From NCBI GenBank assembly GCA_964016885.1, contig OZ024756.1:38936001-39000000 (forward strand): a stretch of DNA of 64,000 nucleotides. Reading direction: 5' to 3'. The notes under the pieces were generated by a model. That model saw nothing but the letters and a program-made list of their open reading frames with translations, did no database searches and was not told the DNA's origin. Shown here piece after piece: positions 37,666 through 50,729 of this stretch. Position 1 is the stretch's first letter; each line of letters starts with the position of its first letter. Origin of the DNA: Eledone cirrhosa. Lineage: Eukaryota. The position numbers were made by a program, and so were the translations under genes.

Positions 37666-37844
37666 AATACAATAGCAGTAAGTAGCAGTATAAGAGATAC
37701 TCTGTGTAATAGTTTGGCAATTCTCCCACTTAACGTTTTTACACCCTGTGTCCATCTGACGTCACTAACAAGTGCTGCTGACTATAGCCGTCATCAATAT
37801 CCAGTACAGATTTCTCAAATTCTCTATTTTAGTTCTTGTTACAT

Positions 37845-38160
37845 CTCTTTCTCTCTCATCTCTTTCTCATCTCTCTCTCATCCCTCTCTCATCTCTTTCT
37901 CATCTCTTTCTCATCTCTCTCTCATCTCTTTTTCTTCTCTTTCTCATCTCTCTCTCATCTCTTTTTCTTCTCTTTCTCATCTCTCTCTCATCTCTTTTTC
38001 TTCTCTTTCTCATCTCTCTCTCATCTCTTTTTCTTCTCTTTCTCTTCTCTCTCTCTCTCATCTCTTTTTCTTCTCTTTCTCTTCTCTTTCTCTTCTCTCT
38101 CTCATCTCTCTCTCATCCCTTTCTTTTTCTCATCTTTCTCTCATCTCTCTCTCTCATCTC
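37845..38160. repeat. Pyrimidine-rich (CT/CAT) minisatellite
   Basis: Repeating TCTCTTTTTCTTCTCTTTCTCATCTCTCTCTCA-like units. Confidence 0.85.
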
Positions 38161-38256
38161 TGTTGCTGCTCATTCTACTCTTGTTTGTTCAGTTGTTTCA
38201 GCTCCTACATTAAATCGGCGTCACCAGTTTATTGAGACACTTATTTATTATTATTA

Positions 38257-38900
38257 TTCAAATCCCGCCGAGGTTAATTTTGCCTTCAAATCCCGCCGAG
38301 GTTAATTTTGCCTTCAAATCCCGCCGAGGTTAATTTTGCCTTCAAATCCTGCTGAGGTTAATTTTGCCTTCAAATCCTGCTGAGGTTAATTTTGCCTTCA
38401 AATCCCGCCGAGGTTAACTTTGCCTTCAAATTCTGCTGAGGTTAATTTTGCCTTCAAATCCCGCCGAGGTTAATTTTGCCTTCAAATCCCGCCGAGGTTA
38501 ACTTTGCCTTCAAATTCTGCTGAGGTTAATTTTGCCTTCAAATCCCGCCGAGGTTAATTTTGCCTTCAAATCCTGCTGAGGTTAATTTTGCCTTCAAATC
38601 CTGCTGAGGTTAATTTTGCCTTCAAATCCCGCCGAGGTTAATTTTGCCTTCAAATCCTGCTGAGGTTAACTTTGCCTTCAAATCCCGCCGAGGTTAATTT
38701 TGCCTTCAAATCCTGCTGAGGTTAATTTTGCCTTCAAATCCTGCTGAGGTTAATTTTGCCTTCAAATCCCGCCGAGGTTAACTTTGCCTTTCATCCTTAG
38801 AGGGTCGATAAAATAAAGCACCAGTAATGTACTGGGGTCGATTTAATCGACTTTCCCCTCACCCCCAAAATTACTGGCCTTGTGCCTAAATAAGAAACCA
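38257..38900 (+). repeat. 19 x 28-bp tandem array derived from inside SINE S1, followed by the SINE 3' half
   Basis: TTCAAATCCCGCCGAGGTTAATTTTGCC with period 28 from 38257 to 38788, then TTTCATCC...GTCGATAAAATAAAG... Confidence 0.95.
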
Positions 38901-38927
38901 TTATTAATATTATTATTATTGTTATTC

Positions 38928-39004
<77 letters not shown>

Positions 39005-39554
39005 ATCTCTATCTCTATCTCTATCTACCCCCCCCCCCCCTATATCTCTCTCCCTTTCTTATCTTTTACAACGATGGCTAATAGGTTATATAGCATACAG
39101 TTCACCATTGTCCGTTGCACCTAGAAATCGTTGAATCAGAACGGTGTGCTCTGACGTCAATGGTTTTAAAAGCACCCAATAGATTATCTCACAAAAAACA
39201 AAAGAGGAAGGAAGGAAGACAGAGAGAAAACGAACTCTGCGTAAAATAGGCGGAAACAGACGAATGCAAGGTGATGTCAACAGGTAGAGAGATGTTTACT
39301 GTTAAGAGTGTACCATGATGTCAACTGGTAGATAGATGTTTTCTGTTAGAGTGTGCCATGATGCAAGAACAACGAACGAACAAAATAGGAAAACAATTAT
39401 ATTCCATGGTGTATTAACCGGCTTGTACTTAGATATTAGTGTTAACATGAAACATGCCTGCTCTGAAGAGCGACCCGTGTCATGATAGTCCTGCATACAA
39501 ATGGCGGCAGATATATTCGGAGGTAAGGAATCCATTGTGGGAGTATGAAATGAG

Positions 39555-39958
39555 ACAAGTGTGTGAGTGTATGTGTGTATGTGGTGTGTGTGTGTATATA
39601 TATATGTGTGTGTGTGTGTGGGGGGGTCATGTGTTTGTATGTGTGTGTGAGTGTGTGAGAGGGTGTATGTATGTATGTGTGTGTATGTGAAGATTGGTCA
39701 TGTGTGTGTGTATGTCTATGTGGTGTGTTTGGGTGTACGTGTGTGTATGTTGTGTGTACGTGTGTGTGTCATGTAAGTGTGTGTATGTCGTGTGTGTATG
39801 TTGTGTGTATGTGTGTGTGTGTGTGTATGTGTATGTGTGTGGTGTGTGTCTGTGCGCGTGTCTATGTGATGTGTGTGTATGTACGTGTGTGTGTCTATGC
39901 AGTGAGTCTATGTGTGTGTGTCTATGTGATGTGTGTGTATGTATGTGTGTGTGTGTGT

Positions 39959-40041
<83 letters not shown>

Positions 40042-40052
40042 TCTGTGTGTGT
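39555..40052. repeat. Degenerate (TG)n microsatellite
   Basis: Direct reading. Confidence 0.9.
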
Positions 40053-40582
40053 ATCTGATGAAAAGTAATTACGGGTATGATGGGGTATATATGTAATGTG
40101 AATATCTTAATAGCGGGAAATAGGTGTAACGAAAGAGTTGATGGGAAACTGCAATTAAATGTATTTTAAGGATAATATAGAAGGTGAGCTATTTTTGGCT
40201 CTGGATAGAAGGGTGTGGTGTCGAACTGGATGAATGAAGGAAAGAGAGATGTAAATAAATGTATGAGAAAAATTACAAAAAAAAACAAAACAAAACAAAA
40301 CCTTGATGCAGATTAAAGCAATTATTTGCACCAAGATATACATCACAGGCAAAAATTGAACCTAAAAAAACTATATTTATATTTATATTTTTAACTGTTG
40401 GTTAATCAATGATAAATATTGATTGCCAGCTAAATTATTTATAGAGATATAAAAATATACTGTAGTGAAAATCAAACCAAACAGTGAGTGTGTTTTACTA
40501 TATATTTCTGGCAACATGATGTTAGACTGTTTACTTGTGGTAGTGACACTGCTAGTGTTAATATAAAGATGGACAGGGTATA

Positions 40583-40663
<81 letters not shown>

Positions 40664-41052
40664 CAAATAGTGAAAACAATGAAATTAAACAAAATACGGG
40701 TAATTCATAGTAAAACTCATTATTTTACGATCGTTTCTGGGGGTAATTCTCCGTATGTTCATTCTATAGTGATCTATGAGTTCTTCATACGGCTTGGACC
40801 CTACCATTAATTGGTAGATTTATCTGTGTGTGTATATATATAAATAGTGGCGGACTGGGTCTAAAAATATTGGTTGCCAGGAGATGAAGGGGCCCACCTA
40901 CATCATTTAATTTTTATAATGAATAAAGAACATTTTCGAAAAATACATAAGTGGAAACAACACAATGCAATCAGATTTTTGCAGGAAAATATCTTACGTT
41001 CTCCAATAAAAAATATGTATTTTGCGAAATCCAGAGACTTTCAATAATGACC

Positions 41053-41548
41053 AGAAGTCGACCCTAAATATTACTAATAGCTCTGGGGAAGCCATGAACG
41101 ACACCAGATCTTTTAAACTTTGAAAGTAGGTTTATAATTATCAATTTTCATTATACTTTTGTAGCTGTCTCGGTGGCCTAGTTGGAGGAATCATAGACGG
41201 TGGTGATCTTGGTCTGAAGTTCGATACTGATCGGGAGTAGAATTCCCGGTAAACCTTTTCAGTTTTTTTCTATTGGTTGTAAAATAAAAACTGAAAAAGG
41301 TTACATGCACCTCTTAACCAGGATTGAACCCCAGGCCAGGATCTCCACCCTCTCGAGTTCCTACCGTTAGACCACAGAGACAACTACGAAAATGTTATGA
41401 AAATTCATACTTATAAACCTACTTTCAAAATGTTCAAAACAAAGTGTTGTTGTGTCATGTCTTTCTTAATGTTATTGCTCCTACTTAGGGTCGACTTCTA
41501 AATCATTTGGGTGTTCCATAAACTACATCCTCGATTTGTTTCTCGTCT
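41053..41548. mobile_element. Dispersed palindromic element with two convergent tRNA-like units (copy 2)
   Basis: Perfect 15-bp inverted repeat AGAAGTCGACCCTAA (41053-41067 / 41485-41499). Plus unit: A box 41174-41185, B box ~41218-41227. Minus unit: A box 41364-41374, B box GGTTCAATCC 41321-41330. Confidence 0.8.
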
Positions 41549-41657
41549 ATCTAGATTATATTTTAACCTGTAATCCATCTTTCCTTTCTGTTGCATCTCA
41601 TTTCTCTCTCTCTCTTCCTCTCTCACTCTCTCTGTGATATTTGAATCTCCTATGATT

Positions 41658-41740
<83 letters not shown>

Positions 41741-42432
41741 ATATATCTATCTGTATATACTGTTTACCTTCCCTAAGCGTCATTGACCTCAACAATTTAT
41801 TAAAGAAATCAGGAATTATTTTCTCCAATCATTAGAAAATTTCGAAATCACTTTCAGCGTCAGAGTTAAGCCTCAGTTGACTTTCATGACGGGAAATGTC
41901 GTTAAATATAGAGTCAGCTTTAGATATAAACCACATGCTGCTGCAAGTGATCAACAAACTTGTTGCGGTGATTGAACTCTGCAATGGTAGTAGAGTTCAG
42001 CCACTAATCAGTCTAAAGTGCTAAGATTAGAAAGGCGATTTAAACAAAAGGGTGAATGAACTTGATTGGAATTTAAATTTTATAGAACTCTAAACTAAAT
42101 ATGATGATTTCTAAACTGATATCGGCTCCAAGAAGAAGATTTGTCTCGTTTACGTTAGACAGTTTCCAAGGAGAAGTAAGAACCTAAATAGAATGAAATA
42201 AGAACAGCTAAGTATTTTGATTTCCTACAGAGATTAAATAATGGATGCTTTTAAGAAGTAAGGAGCATGGAATGTCTTTGTAATAATTTCTTTCTGTAAT
42301 AACGAAAGAGAATGAAAAGCAAAGCGAAATCGAAACTGCATACACACACACACACAAAGACAGACAGACACACACAGGCAGACATACACACATACACACA
42401 CACACACACACACAAATGATATATATATATAT

Positions 42433-42652
42433 TAGTTTACAAGGTTTTTGATATGAAATCGTGTGTCGAAACAAATATTGTTATACTTGGGGAGGGTCAT
42501 ATTGTTGTAATAATATTGCCAGAAATAATAACAGAACACACTCACTGTTTGATCGGTTTTCGCTTCTGTATCTTTTATACCTCCATAGTTAATTTATTTG
42601 GCCATCAATGTTTATCATTGACTGACCAACGGTTAAACATACAGATATAAAT
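42433..42652 (+). mobile_element. Family E single copy in (TA)n
   Basis: Matches the arm of the 24029-24292 palindrome and extends beyond it. Confidence 0.8.
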
Positions 42653-42956
42653 ATATATATATAGTCTATCAAAGTTCTTTCGTCGCACATCTGGAACATC
42701 ATCAGTGGTACTATTTTATGTTCCCTCCTATTGTATTGTATTGTAATGTTTACCCTTATAGGGTTACTCCCATTATGAAGGGAGTAACCCTGGTCAAGGA
42801 CAGCCGGGAAGGATATGGGTCCGGCCCATTCCTTCAGAACAACCTGATAAAAGTACATTAAATCAAACATAGAAAAACCAATGTAAATGTCTGAAGGTGG
42901 ATCAATATATAACAATCGTGTGGCATAAACAGGCGAATAGTTACAGCCGTAAGAAC

Positions 42957-43265
42957 TATCATCGTCATCGTCATCGCCATCATCGTCGTCATCATCATCA
43001 TCGTCATCGTCATCGCCATCATCGTCATCATCGTCATCATCGTCATCATCGTCATCGTCATCGTTGTCATCATCATCATCGTCATCATCATCAACATCAT
43101 TGTCAACAACAATAACTGCTACATCAACAACAACTTCAACAACCCGAACAACAACAGCAACAACAATAACAACAATAACAACAACAACAACAGCAACAAC
43201 AACAATAACAACAACATCAGCAACAACAGCAGTAACAACATCAACAACTACATCAAAACTACATC

Positions 43266-43296
<31 letters not shown>

Positions 43297-43530
43297 CCAA
43301 CAACAACAGCAACCACAACACCAACAACAACACCAACAACAACAACAGCAACCACAGCACCAACAACAACAACATCAACAATATCAGCAGCATCAAATAC
43401 AATGTACAACAGGCAATAACAATATTATTAAAATAATAGAAGCGATAGTAGTGCTACTGACAACAGCAACAACAACAACAGCAACCACAGCAGCAGCAAC
43501 AACAGCAACAACAACAACAACAGCAACATC

Positions 43531-43571
<41 letters not shown>

Positions 43572-43958
43572 CCACAGCAGCAACAACAACAGCAACAACA
43601 ACAACAACAACAACAGCAACCACAGCAACAGCAACAACAACAGTAACAGCAACAGCAACAAACACCACCACAACAACAGCAACAACCACAACAGTAACAA
43701 CAACAACAACAACAGTAACAACAGCAACAACCACAACAACAACAACAGTAACAACCCTAACAGCAACAACCACAACAGTAACAACAACAACAGTAACAAC
43801 AACAACAGTAACAACCCTAACAGCAACAACCACAACAGTAACAACAACAACAGTAACAACAACAACAGTAACAACAACAACAGTAACAACCCTAACAGCA
43901 ACAACCACAACAGTAACAACAACAGTAACAACAACAACAGTAGCAACTAAAGTAATAA
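42957..43958. repeat. Compound trinucleotide repeat (ATC/GTC)n, then (ACA/GCA/GTA)n
   Basis: Direct reading; includes short higher-order duplications near 43700-43930. Confidence 0.9.
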
Positions 43959-44114
43959 CAGCTTCTGTTTACTCTATAACTAACAACACACTGTTGGCCG
44001 ACATATTGTTGTGACGTCATTATTATTAAGCCACTCAATCTACAGTTTGGAAGATTAAAAGTTATTTCTTTTTTTCTTTCCCAATGTTTATTTTGTCTAA
44101 TTCTTTCTCTATAC

Positions 44115-44117
<3 letters not shown>

Positions 44118-44186
<69 letters not shown>

Positions 44187-44526
44187 GTATATATATATAC
44201 ATACACATATATATATGTATGTATTTTATATATATATACATATATATACATATGTATCTATATATATATACATACATATATCTATGTATTTTATATATAT
44301 ATACATATATATATGTATGTATTTTATATATATATACATATATATATGTATGTATTTTATATATATATACATATATATATGTATGTATTTTATATATATA
44401 TACATATATATATGTATGTATTTTATATATATATACATATATATATGTATGTATTTTATATATATATACATATATATATGTATGTATTTTATATATATAT
44501 ACATATATATATATGTATGTATTTTA

Positions 44527-44562
<36 letters not shown>

Positions 44563-44580
44563 CATATATATATATGTATG

Positions 44581-44616
<36 letters not shown>
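44118..44616. repeat. (TA)n with an embedded ~30-bp TA-derived minisatellite
   Basis: ATGTATGTATTTTATATATATATACATATAT units. Confidence 0.9.
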
Positions 44617-44619
<3 letters not shown>

Positions 44620-44670
44620 AACTTTTAGTGAACAAACAACAACAATGTCTAGTCAGGAACATTTAAAATG

Positions 44671-44975
44671 CCACTGCCAGTACCACCACCACTACCACCA
44701 CCCAAACCACCACCTGTACCACCACCCAAACCACCACCTGTAGCACCACCTGTACCACCACCACCTGTACCACCACCAGTACCACCACCCAAACCACCAC
44801 CTGTACAACCACCACTACCACCACCACTACTACCACCTGTACCACCACCACTATTACCTCCACCACTACCACCACCCAAACCACCACCTGTACTACCACC
44901 ACTACCACCACCACTACCACCACCACTACCACCACCAGTACCACCACCTGTACCACCACCCATACCATCATCCAC
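44671..44975. repeat. (CCA)n-rich degenerate repeat
   Basis: ACCACCACCTGT / ACCACCCAA / ACCACCACT units. Confidence 0.9.
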
Positions 44976-45061
44976 AGCACCACGTCTTCATCACTTCTAA
45001 CATCAAAGAAAAGTCTTATGTTTTATTGTTTCTACAAACACACCATAGCATGGTACTTTTA

Positions 45062-45225
45062 AATAATTGTTTCTACTTTAGGCACAAGGCCAGCAATTAT
45101 CCCAGTGCATTACTGGTACTTTATTTTATCGACCCCGTAAGGATGAAAGGCAAAGTTAACCTCGGCGGGATTTGAACTCAGATCGTAAAGGGACGTAACT
45201 ATGCTGGAAAGCATATCCGACCTTC
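45062..45225 (-). mobile_element. SINE S1
   Basis: Diagnostic motifs on the minus strand. Confidence 0.85.
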
Positions 45226-45371
45226 TTAAAAAATTATTTTTTAAAAAAGATTTAAAAAAATTTTCGCAAAAATTTTTTCAAAATTTTTCTCAATATATTT
45301 TCAATATTTTTTCAATATTTTTTCAATATTTTTTCAATATTTTTTTTTTTTTTTTTCAATATTTTTCAATA

Positions 45372-45520
45372 TCGAACTGATAAGGTATGATTTTTCTCTA
45401 TTTATAAAACAAACTTTGTATTTTATCTGAAGAAAGCGTATCAAAGTCTTTTGGTACCCTTGAAATATATATAATAAAATAAATATGGTTTTATAAATAT
45501 AGTTTCCATTTATTTAATAT

Positions 45521-45527
<7 letters not shown>
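45372..45527 (+). mobile_element. Family G-related Penelope-like terminal repeat with a hammerhead core
   Basis: CTGAAGA (45427-45433), 12-bp imperfect stem AAGCGTATCAAA/TTTGGTACCCTT, GAAA (45462-45465); flanks match 48630-48752. Confidence 0.7.
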
Positions 45528-45569
<42 letters not shown>

Positions 45570-45584
45570 ATATTTATTTAATAT

Positions 45585-45647
<63 letters not shown>

Positions 45648-45712
45648 TATATAGAGAGAGAAAAAGCTAGATAGATAGATAAATATATAGATAGGTAGAT
45701 AGAAAGACAGGC

Positions 45713-45780
<68 letters not shown>

Positions 45781-46234
45781 CTAGATAGATAGATAGATAG
45801 GCAAACAGATAGATAAATAGACATAGAAATGTATATATATATATATATATAGTATATATATAGTCATATTTATATCTAAATCCAGTAACATCCAGTAATA
45901 TCTTCCAAGTGTGTACTTGTACATATATTAGAAATTCTATATTTGAAACCAAGACGCCATAGATTATATGTATTGTTCGTTGTTGTTGCTTTAATTATAT
46001 CCGGAAGCTCTAGTTGACATTTTATATATTTCTTATAGTCAGTCTCATTTGTGAAATGAAATGATTGCTGCATTTTCTAACACTTATACCACGAGTGTCG
46101 ACATGTGCTTTCGTGCAAAATAACATGATGAGAAAATAACTGACGGTTTTTTTTTGTTTTAGTGGAAAAAAATACACAAAACAAACATTTCTAATATTTG
46201 AAGTGTATGTATGCGATTCGTGTAGTAGCTATTT

Positions 46235-46272
<38 letters not shown>

Positions 46273-46273
<1 letters not shown>

Positions 46274-46442
46274 GTTATTCCGGGTTGAATCGGAGGTAAC
46301 CACAGTAAGTAAGGTACTCAATACATAGCAGAGTATAAAAGTTTTAATATAGATGAGATTCTACAGGACTAGAACTGTTTCATTCTTTAGAAATCATCAG
46401 GAATGAAACAGTTCTAGTCCTGTAGAATCTCATCTATATTAA

Positions 46443-46445
<3 letters not shown>
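46273..46445 (-). mobile_element. Family C fold-back element with a hammerhead core
   Basis: Minus strand reads CCTGATGA-TTTC-TAAA-GAAT-GAAAC-AGTTC; 45-bp arms 46341-46385 / 46401-46445; (TA)n on both sides. Confidence 0.8.
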
Positions 46446-46480
<35 letters not shown>

Positions 46481-46539
46481 GAATCATGTAACCTCAGCAT
46501 CTTATTTTGTTATTTATATATATATATATACATATATAT

Positions 46540-46738
46540 AACGAAGGAAGTGTGGTAAGGAACCAGGTAGATCATAACGCACCAGAGTACTCAATACTTT
46601 GGGTAGTAGAGTGGGTAATAGGAAAATGTTCAGGACCCCGACGCAGAGCTCAATCCGTTTCGACGGCTATTTCTGGACGTCCAGAAATAGCCGTCGAAAC
46701 GGCTTGAATTCTGCCATGGGGGTCCCGAACATTTTCCT
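46540..46738 (-). mobile_element. Family D fold-back element
   Basis: Palindrome centred on GGAC|GTCC (46678/46679) with ~60-bp arms; unique tail to the left; (TA)n flanks. Confidence 0.8.
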
Positions 46739-46750
46739 ATATATATATAT

Positions 46751-46908
46751 AGTAATAATAATAAATGTGAAGACTAAAATCCGAAGAGGGCTCGATAAGG
46801 ATAATATATATATATAAAAATATATAAAACCATAGAGCAAATTTCAGAAGCTCCCGTTAAGGGTGAAAGCAGCGATTCTTTGCTTAAACTTTAATCTGTT
46901 ATTTTAAT
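46751..46908. mobile_element. Family B element in inverted, non-duplicated configuration
   Basis: Reverse-complemented tail (46751-46842) joined to the plus-strand TTCAGAAG...ATTTTAATA segment. Confidence 0.8.
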
Positions 46909-46932
46909 ATATATATATATATAGCTAACTGA

Positions 46933-47375
<443 letters not shown>

Positions 47376-47856
47376 TCTCTGAGAGAGATCATGCTAGCAC
47401 GTTTATCTTCTACCCACGATTTGACATATCATTATCAGGCAGCAGACTTTATGAAAGCAAGCAAGCACATTTACAAACCTATTGGACTGTGTAATATTTA
47501 TTTAAGCAAATAAATATTATCCGATGAATTCTAAATAATTCAAAAAAACATATATATTATATTCGTATATTCTTCAAATTAATAAATCAACCGAGTCATG
47601 AAAATGTCGTTTGTAAGAATTTCATAGGACACTATTGTTGAAAAAATGTTATATGTGAAATGGCACGTGAAATAGAATCACAATTAAGTTTATTGGTATT
47701 TATATATGAAACTTTGTAGTATTTTTTTGCTATAAACAACATAAACAGTATAATTACATAAATAATATTATATTCCTAGGTAGACATATCATAACACCTT
47801 TGGAATTATTGTCAGATGGCTAAGATGTAATCAACTGGATTGCTGTATTCAATTAA

Positions 47857-48042
47857 ATAATTGTTTCTTCATTTGGCACAAGGCCAGCAATTACACAGTA
47901 CATTACTGGTACTTTATTTTATCGACTCCGTAAGGATAAAAGGCAAAGTTAACCTCAGCGGGATTTGAACTCAGATCGTAAAGGGACGTAACTATGCTGG
48001 AAAGCATGTCCGACCCTCTACCGATGCTGCCAATTCACCGCC
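47857..48042 (-). mobile_element. SINE S1, full length
   Basis: Diagnostic motifs on the minus strand. Confidence 0.85.
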
Positions 48043-48071
48043 CTTATAGTAATATCGTACAGATAGATACG

Positions 48072-48125
<54 letters not shown>

Positions 48126-48140
48126 TATATACATATATAC

Positions 48141-48186
<46 letters not shown>

Positions 48187-48187
48187 G

Positions 48188-48322
<135 letters not shown>

Positions 48323-48325
48323 GTA

Positions 48326-48389
<64 letters not shown>

Positions 48390-48391
48390 TA

Positions 48392-48845
48392 TACAATATT
48401 AAATAAATGGAAAACTATATTTATAAAACCATATCTATTTCATTATATATATTAACAATATGCTATGCCTTCATCAGACAAAATACAATATAAACAGTTT
48501 TATAGATAAATATATTCGACATACCGTAATAAACATCAACTTCATTTGAAGAGGTTCACTCTAGCAGTGAACCTCTTCACATGAAGTTGATGTTTATTAC
48601 GGTATGTCGAATATATTTATCTATAAAACTGTTTATATTGTATTTTGTCTGATGAAGGCATAGCATATTGTTAATATGATATCCCCGAAATATATATATA
48701 ATGAAATAGATATGGTTTTATAAATATAGTTTTCCATTTATTTAATATTGTAAATATACTCCAAGTATTTGTCGAGTGCTTTTATATCAGTTATAAATAT
48801 TTACTAGTTGTAACCCAACAATTTTAAATATAACTTTACATGTAT
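48392..48845 (+). mobile_element. Family G fold-back element (~360-bp palindrome) with a long-stem hammerhead core
   Basis: Arms 48392-48560 / 48566-48752; CTGATGA at 48649-48655, stem GGCATAGCATATT/AATATGATATCCC, GAAA at 48687-48690; unique tail to ~48845. Confidence 0.8.
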
Positions 48846-49765
48846 ATAAATATATATATATTAGTAAAAAGGAAGAGAAAATGGTGACAGATGTTTTCCA
48901 GGAAGGGGTCCTTTCCTTATTGTATTCTCTTAATGTATATGTATACTTACCCACAGCTGTGTGTTTTACAACCCCCTCTATTCTCCGCTATATTTTACTT
49001 CTCCTAATATATTCTCACGGAGACACTATTTAAGACTATTGAAATGAGATCAATAACTTTTGTTTGGGTTTAATACTACTTTTTATATCGATTGAACCAC
49101 TATCTAGTTATAATTAGCAGGCTAATTGTAATGTGTTTCTAATTACAAATAATTAGAGCTACATTGTTTGGAAATATACTAAAACACTAGGTAGGTGGAA
49201 CGAATTAGTCTTTCTTCTCATATTTCGCAATTACATTGGATATGTGTAAGTTAAGTACAATAAGTACACTTAAAGCACTGAAAGTGATGCTCTGGAGAGA
49301 AGCAAGATAAAAAAGGTAATATGAATTCTATAATTGACTCCCACATTACACAGTAAAATTACAACTGTCGTTGGAAAACAATATGTTTTTCGACCTCAGA
49401 GGTCCCAGAGAGCTTTGAAAAAACAACGAGGGCAACAGTTTCTTCCACAGTAAACTAATAAAAAATAAACTACTATGTTAAAGTTATATAATTATATGTT
49501 TACAGCACCGTTTGTTGTTCTTGAAAGCGATATCATATACACCCGAGTGTATTTATTGTAAAGAGACGTACTAACTAGTAAAGCGGATATTGAGTACCTT
49601 ACTTACTGTGGTAACCCCCCCCCCCCGATTGAACCCGGGATAAACTTATATATATATATTTATATATATATATATATATATGTACAAAAAGTCAGAACCC
49701 CGACGGCTGAGCTCTGGCCGTTTCAAGAGCTAGATCCGAACTAAGCCGGCGATACTGCTGGCTTA

Positions 49766-49770
<5 letters not shown>

Positions 49771-49800
<30 letters not shown>

Positions 49801-49868
49801 TGTATGTATGTATGTATGTATGTATGTATGTATGTATGTATGTATGTATGTATGTATGTATGTATGTA

Positions 49869-49901
<33 letters not shown>

Positions 49902-49972
49902 ATGTATGTATGTATGTGTATATGTCAGTATGTATGTATGTATGTGTGTGTGTATGTATGTATGTATGTATG

Positions 49973-50005
<33 letters not shown>

Positions 50006-50108
50006 GTGTGTGTATGTATGTATGTATGTCAGTATGTATGTATGTGTGTGTGTATGTATGTATGTATGTATGTATGTATGTATGTATGTATATATGTATG
50101 TATGTATG
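49771..50108. repeat. (TATG)n microsatellite
   Basis: Direct reading. Confidence 0.95.
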
Positions 50109-50528
50109 TCGGTATAGGTTATAATATTTGGATCAATAATTATGTCAAGCAGAACTGAATGAATTTCGTTTGCATCTAATCATTGAGAAATCAACATTTA
50201 TATTATTTTTTCTGTTTTAGTTTGTTTTAAAACATTTATGAAGAAATGACATTTTATTGTAACTTAGTAATATAAAGTAAGAAAAAAAATTGAAGCTAAG
50301 TACCTTTAAATATCATCTTACCTACTTGTAGAAAAGAAATGATTCTATCATTTAAATGAAGCAATCCAAATACCCCACCCCCACCCCCACCCCCACCACC
50401 ACAATAATGTACTGCCATATTTAATACTGTCCAGACAGTAATAAAAAATTAAGTAATGGACACTGATGAAAATAAAATTACAAAACGAAGAAAAGTTTGG
50501 AAATTATTCTATTTTTAGAAAAGATGTG

Positions 50529-50571
<43 letters not shown>

Positions 50572-50729
50572 AAAGATATTCAGAAATAACAACACAATCG
50601 GTACAGTATATGGAAGGGATATATTAGGTTAACGCTTGATATAGCAGGAAGAGGGTCTTAACGTTTCGGACGCTAGTCGAAGAATATAGACAAAAATGTT
50701 GATAATAATTTTGAAAGAATATTTATTGA

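Noticed and set aside
38257-38788. CRISPR-like 28-bp array
   Set aside because: Head-to-tail with no spacers; derived from SINE S1
43064-44014. 316-aa Thr/Gln-rich mucin-like ORF
   Set aside because: Entirely (ACA)n-type repeat with no ATG start, signal peptide or unique domain; coding cannot be excluded but is unsupported
44668-45000. Pro-rich extensin-like ORF and its Gly-rich antisense
   Set aside because: A (CCA)n-derived repeat that is open in several frames; no independent evidence of coding
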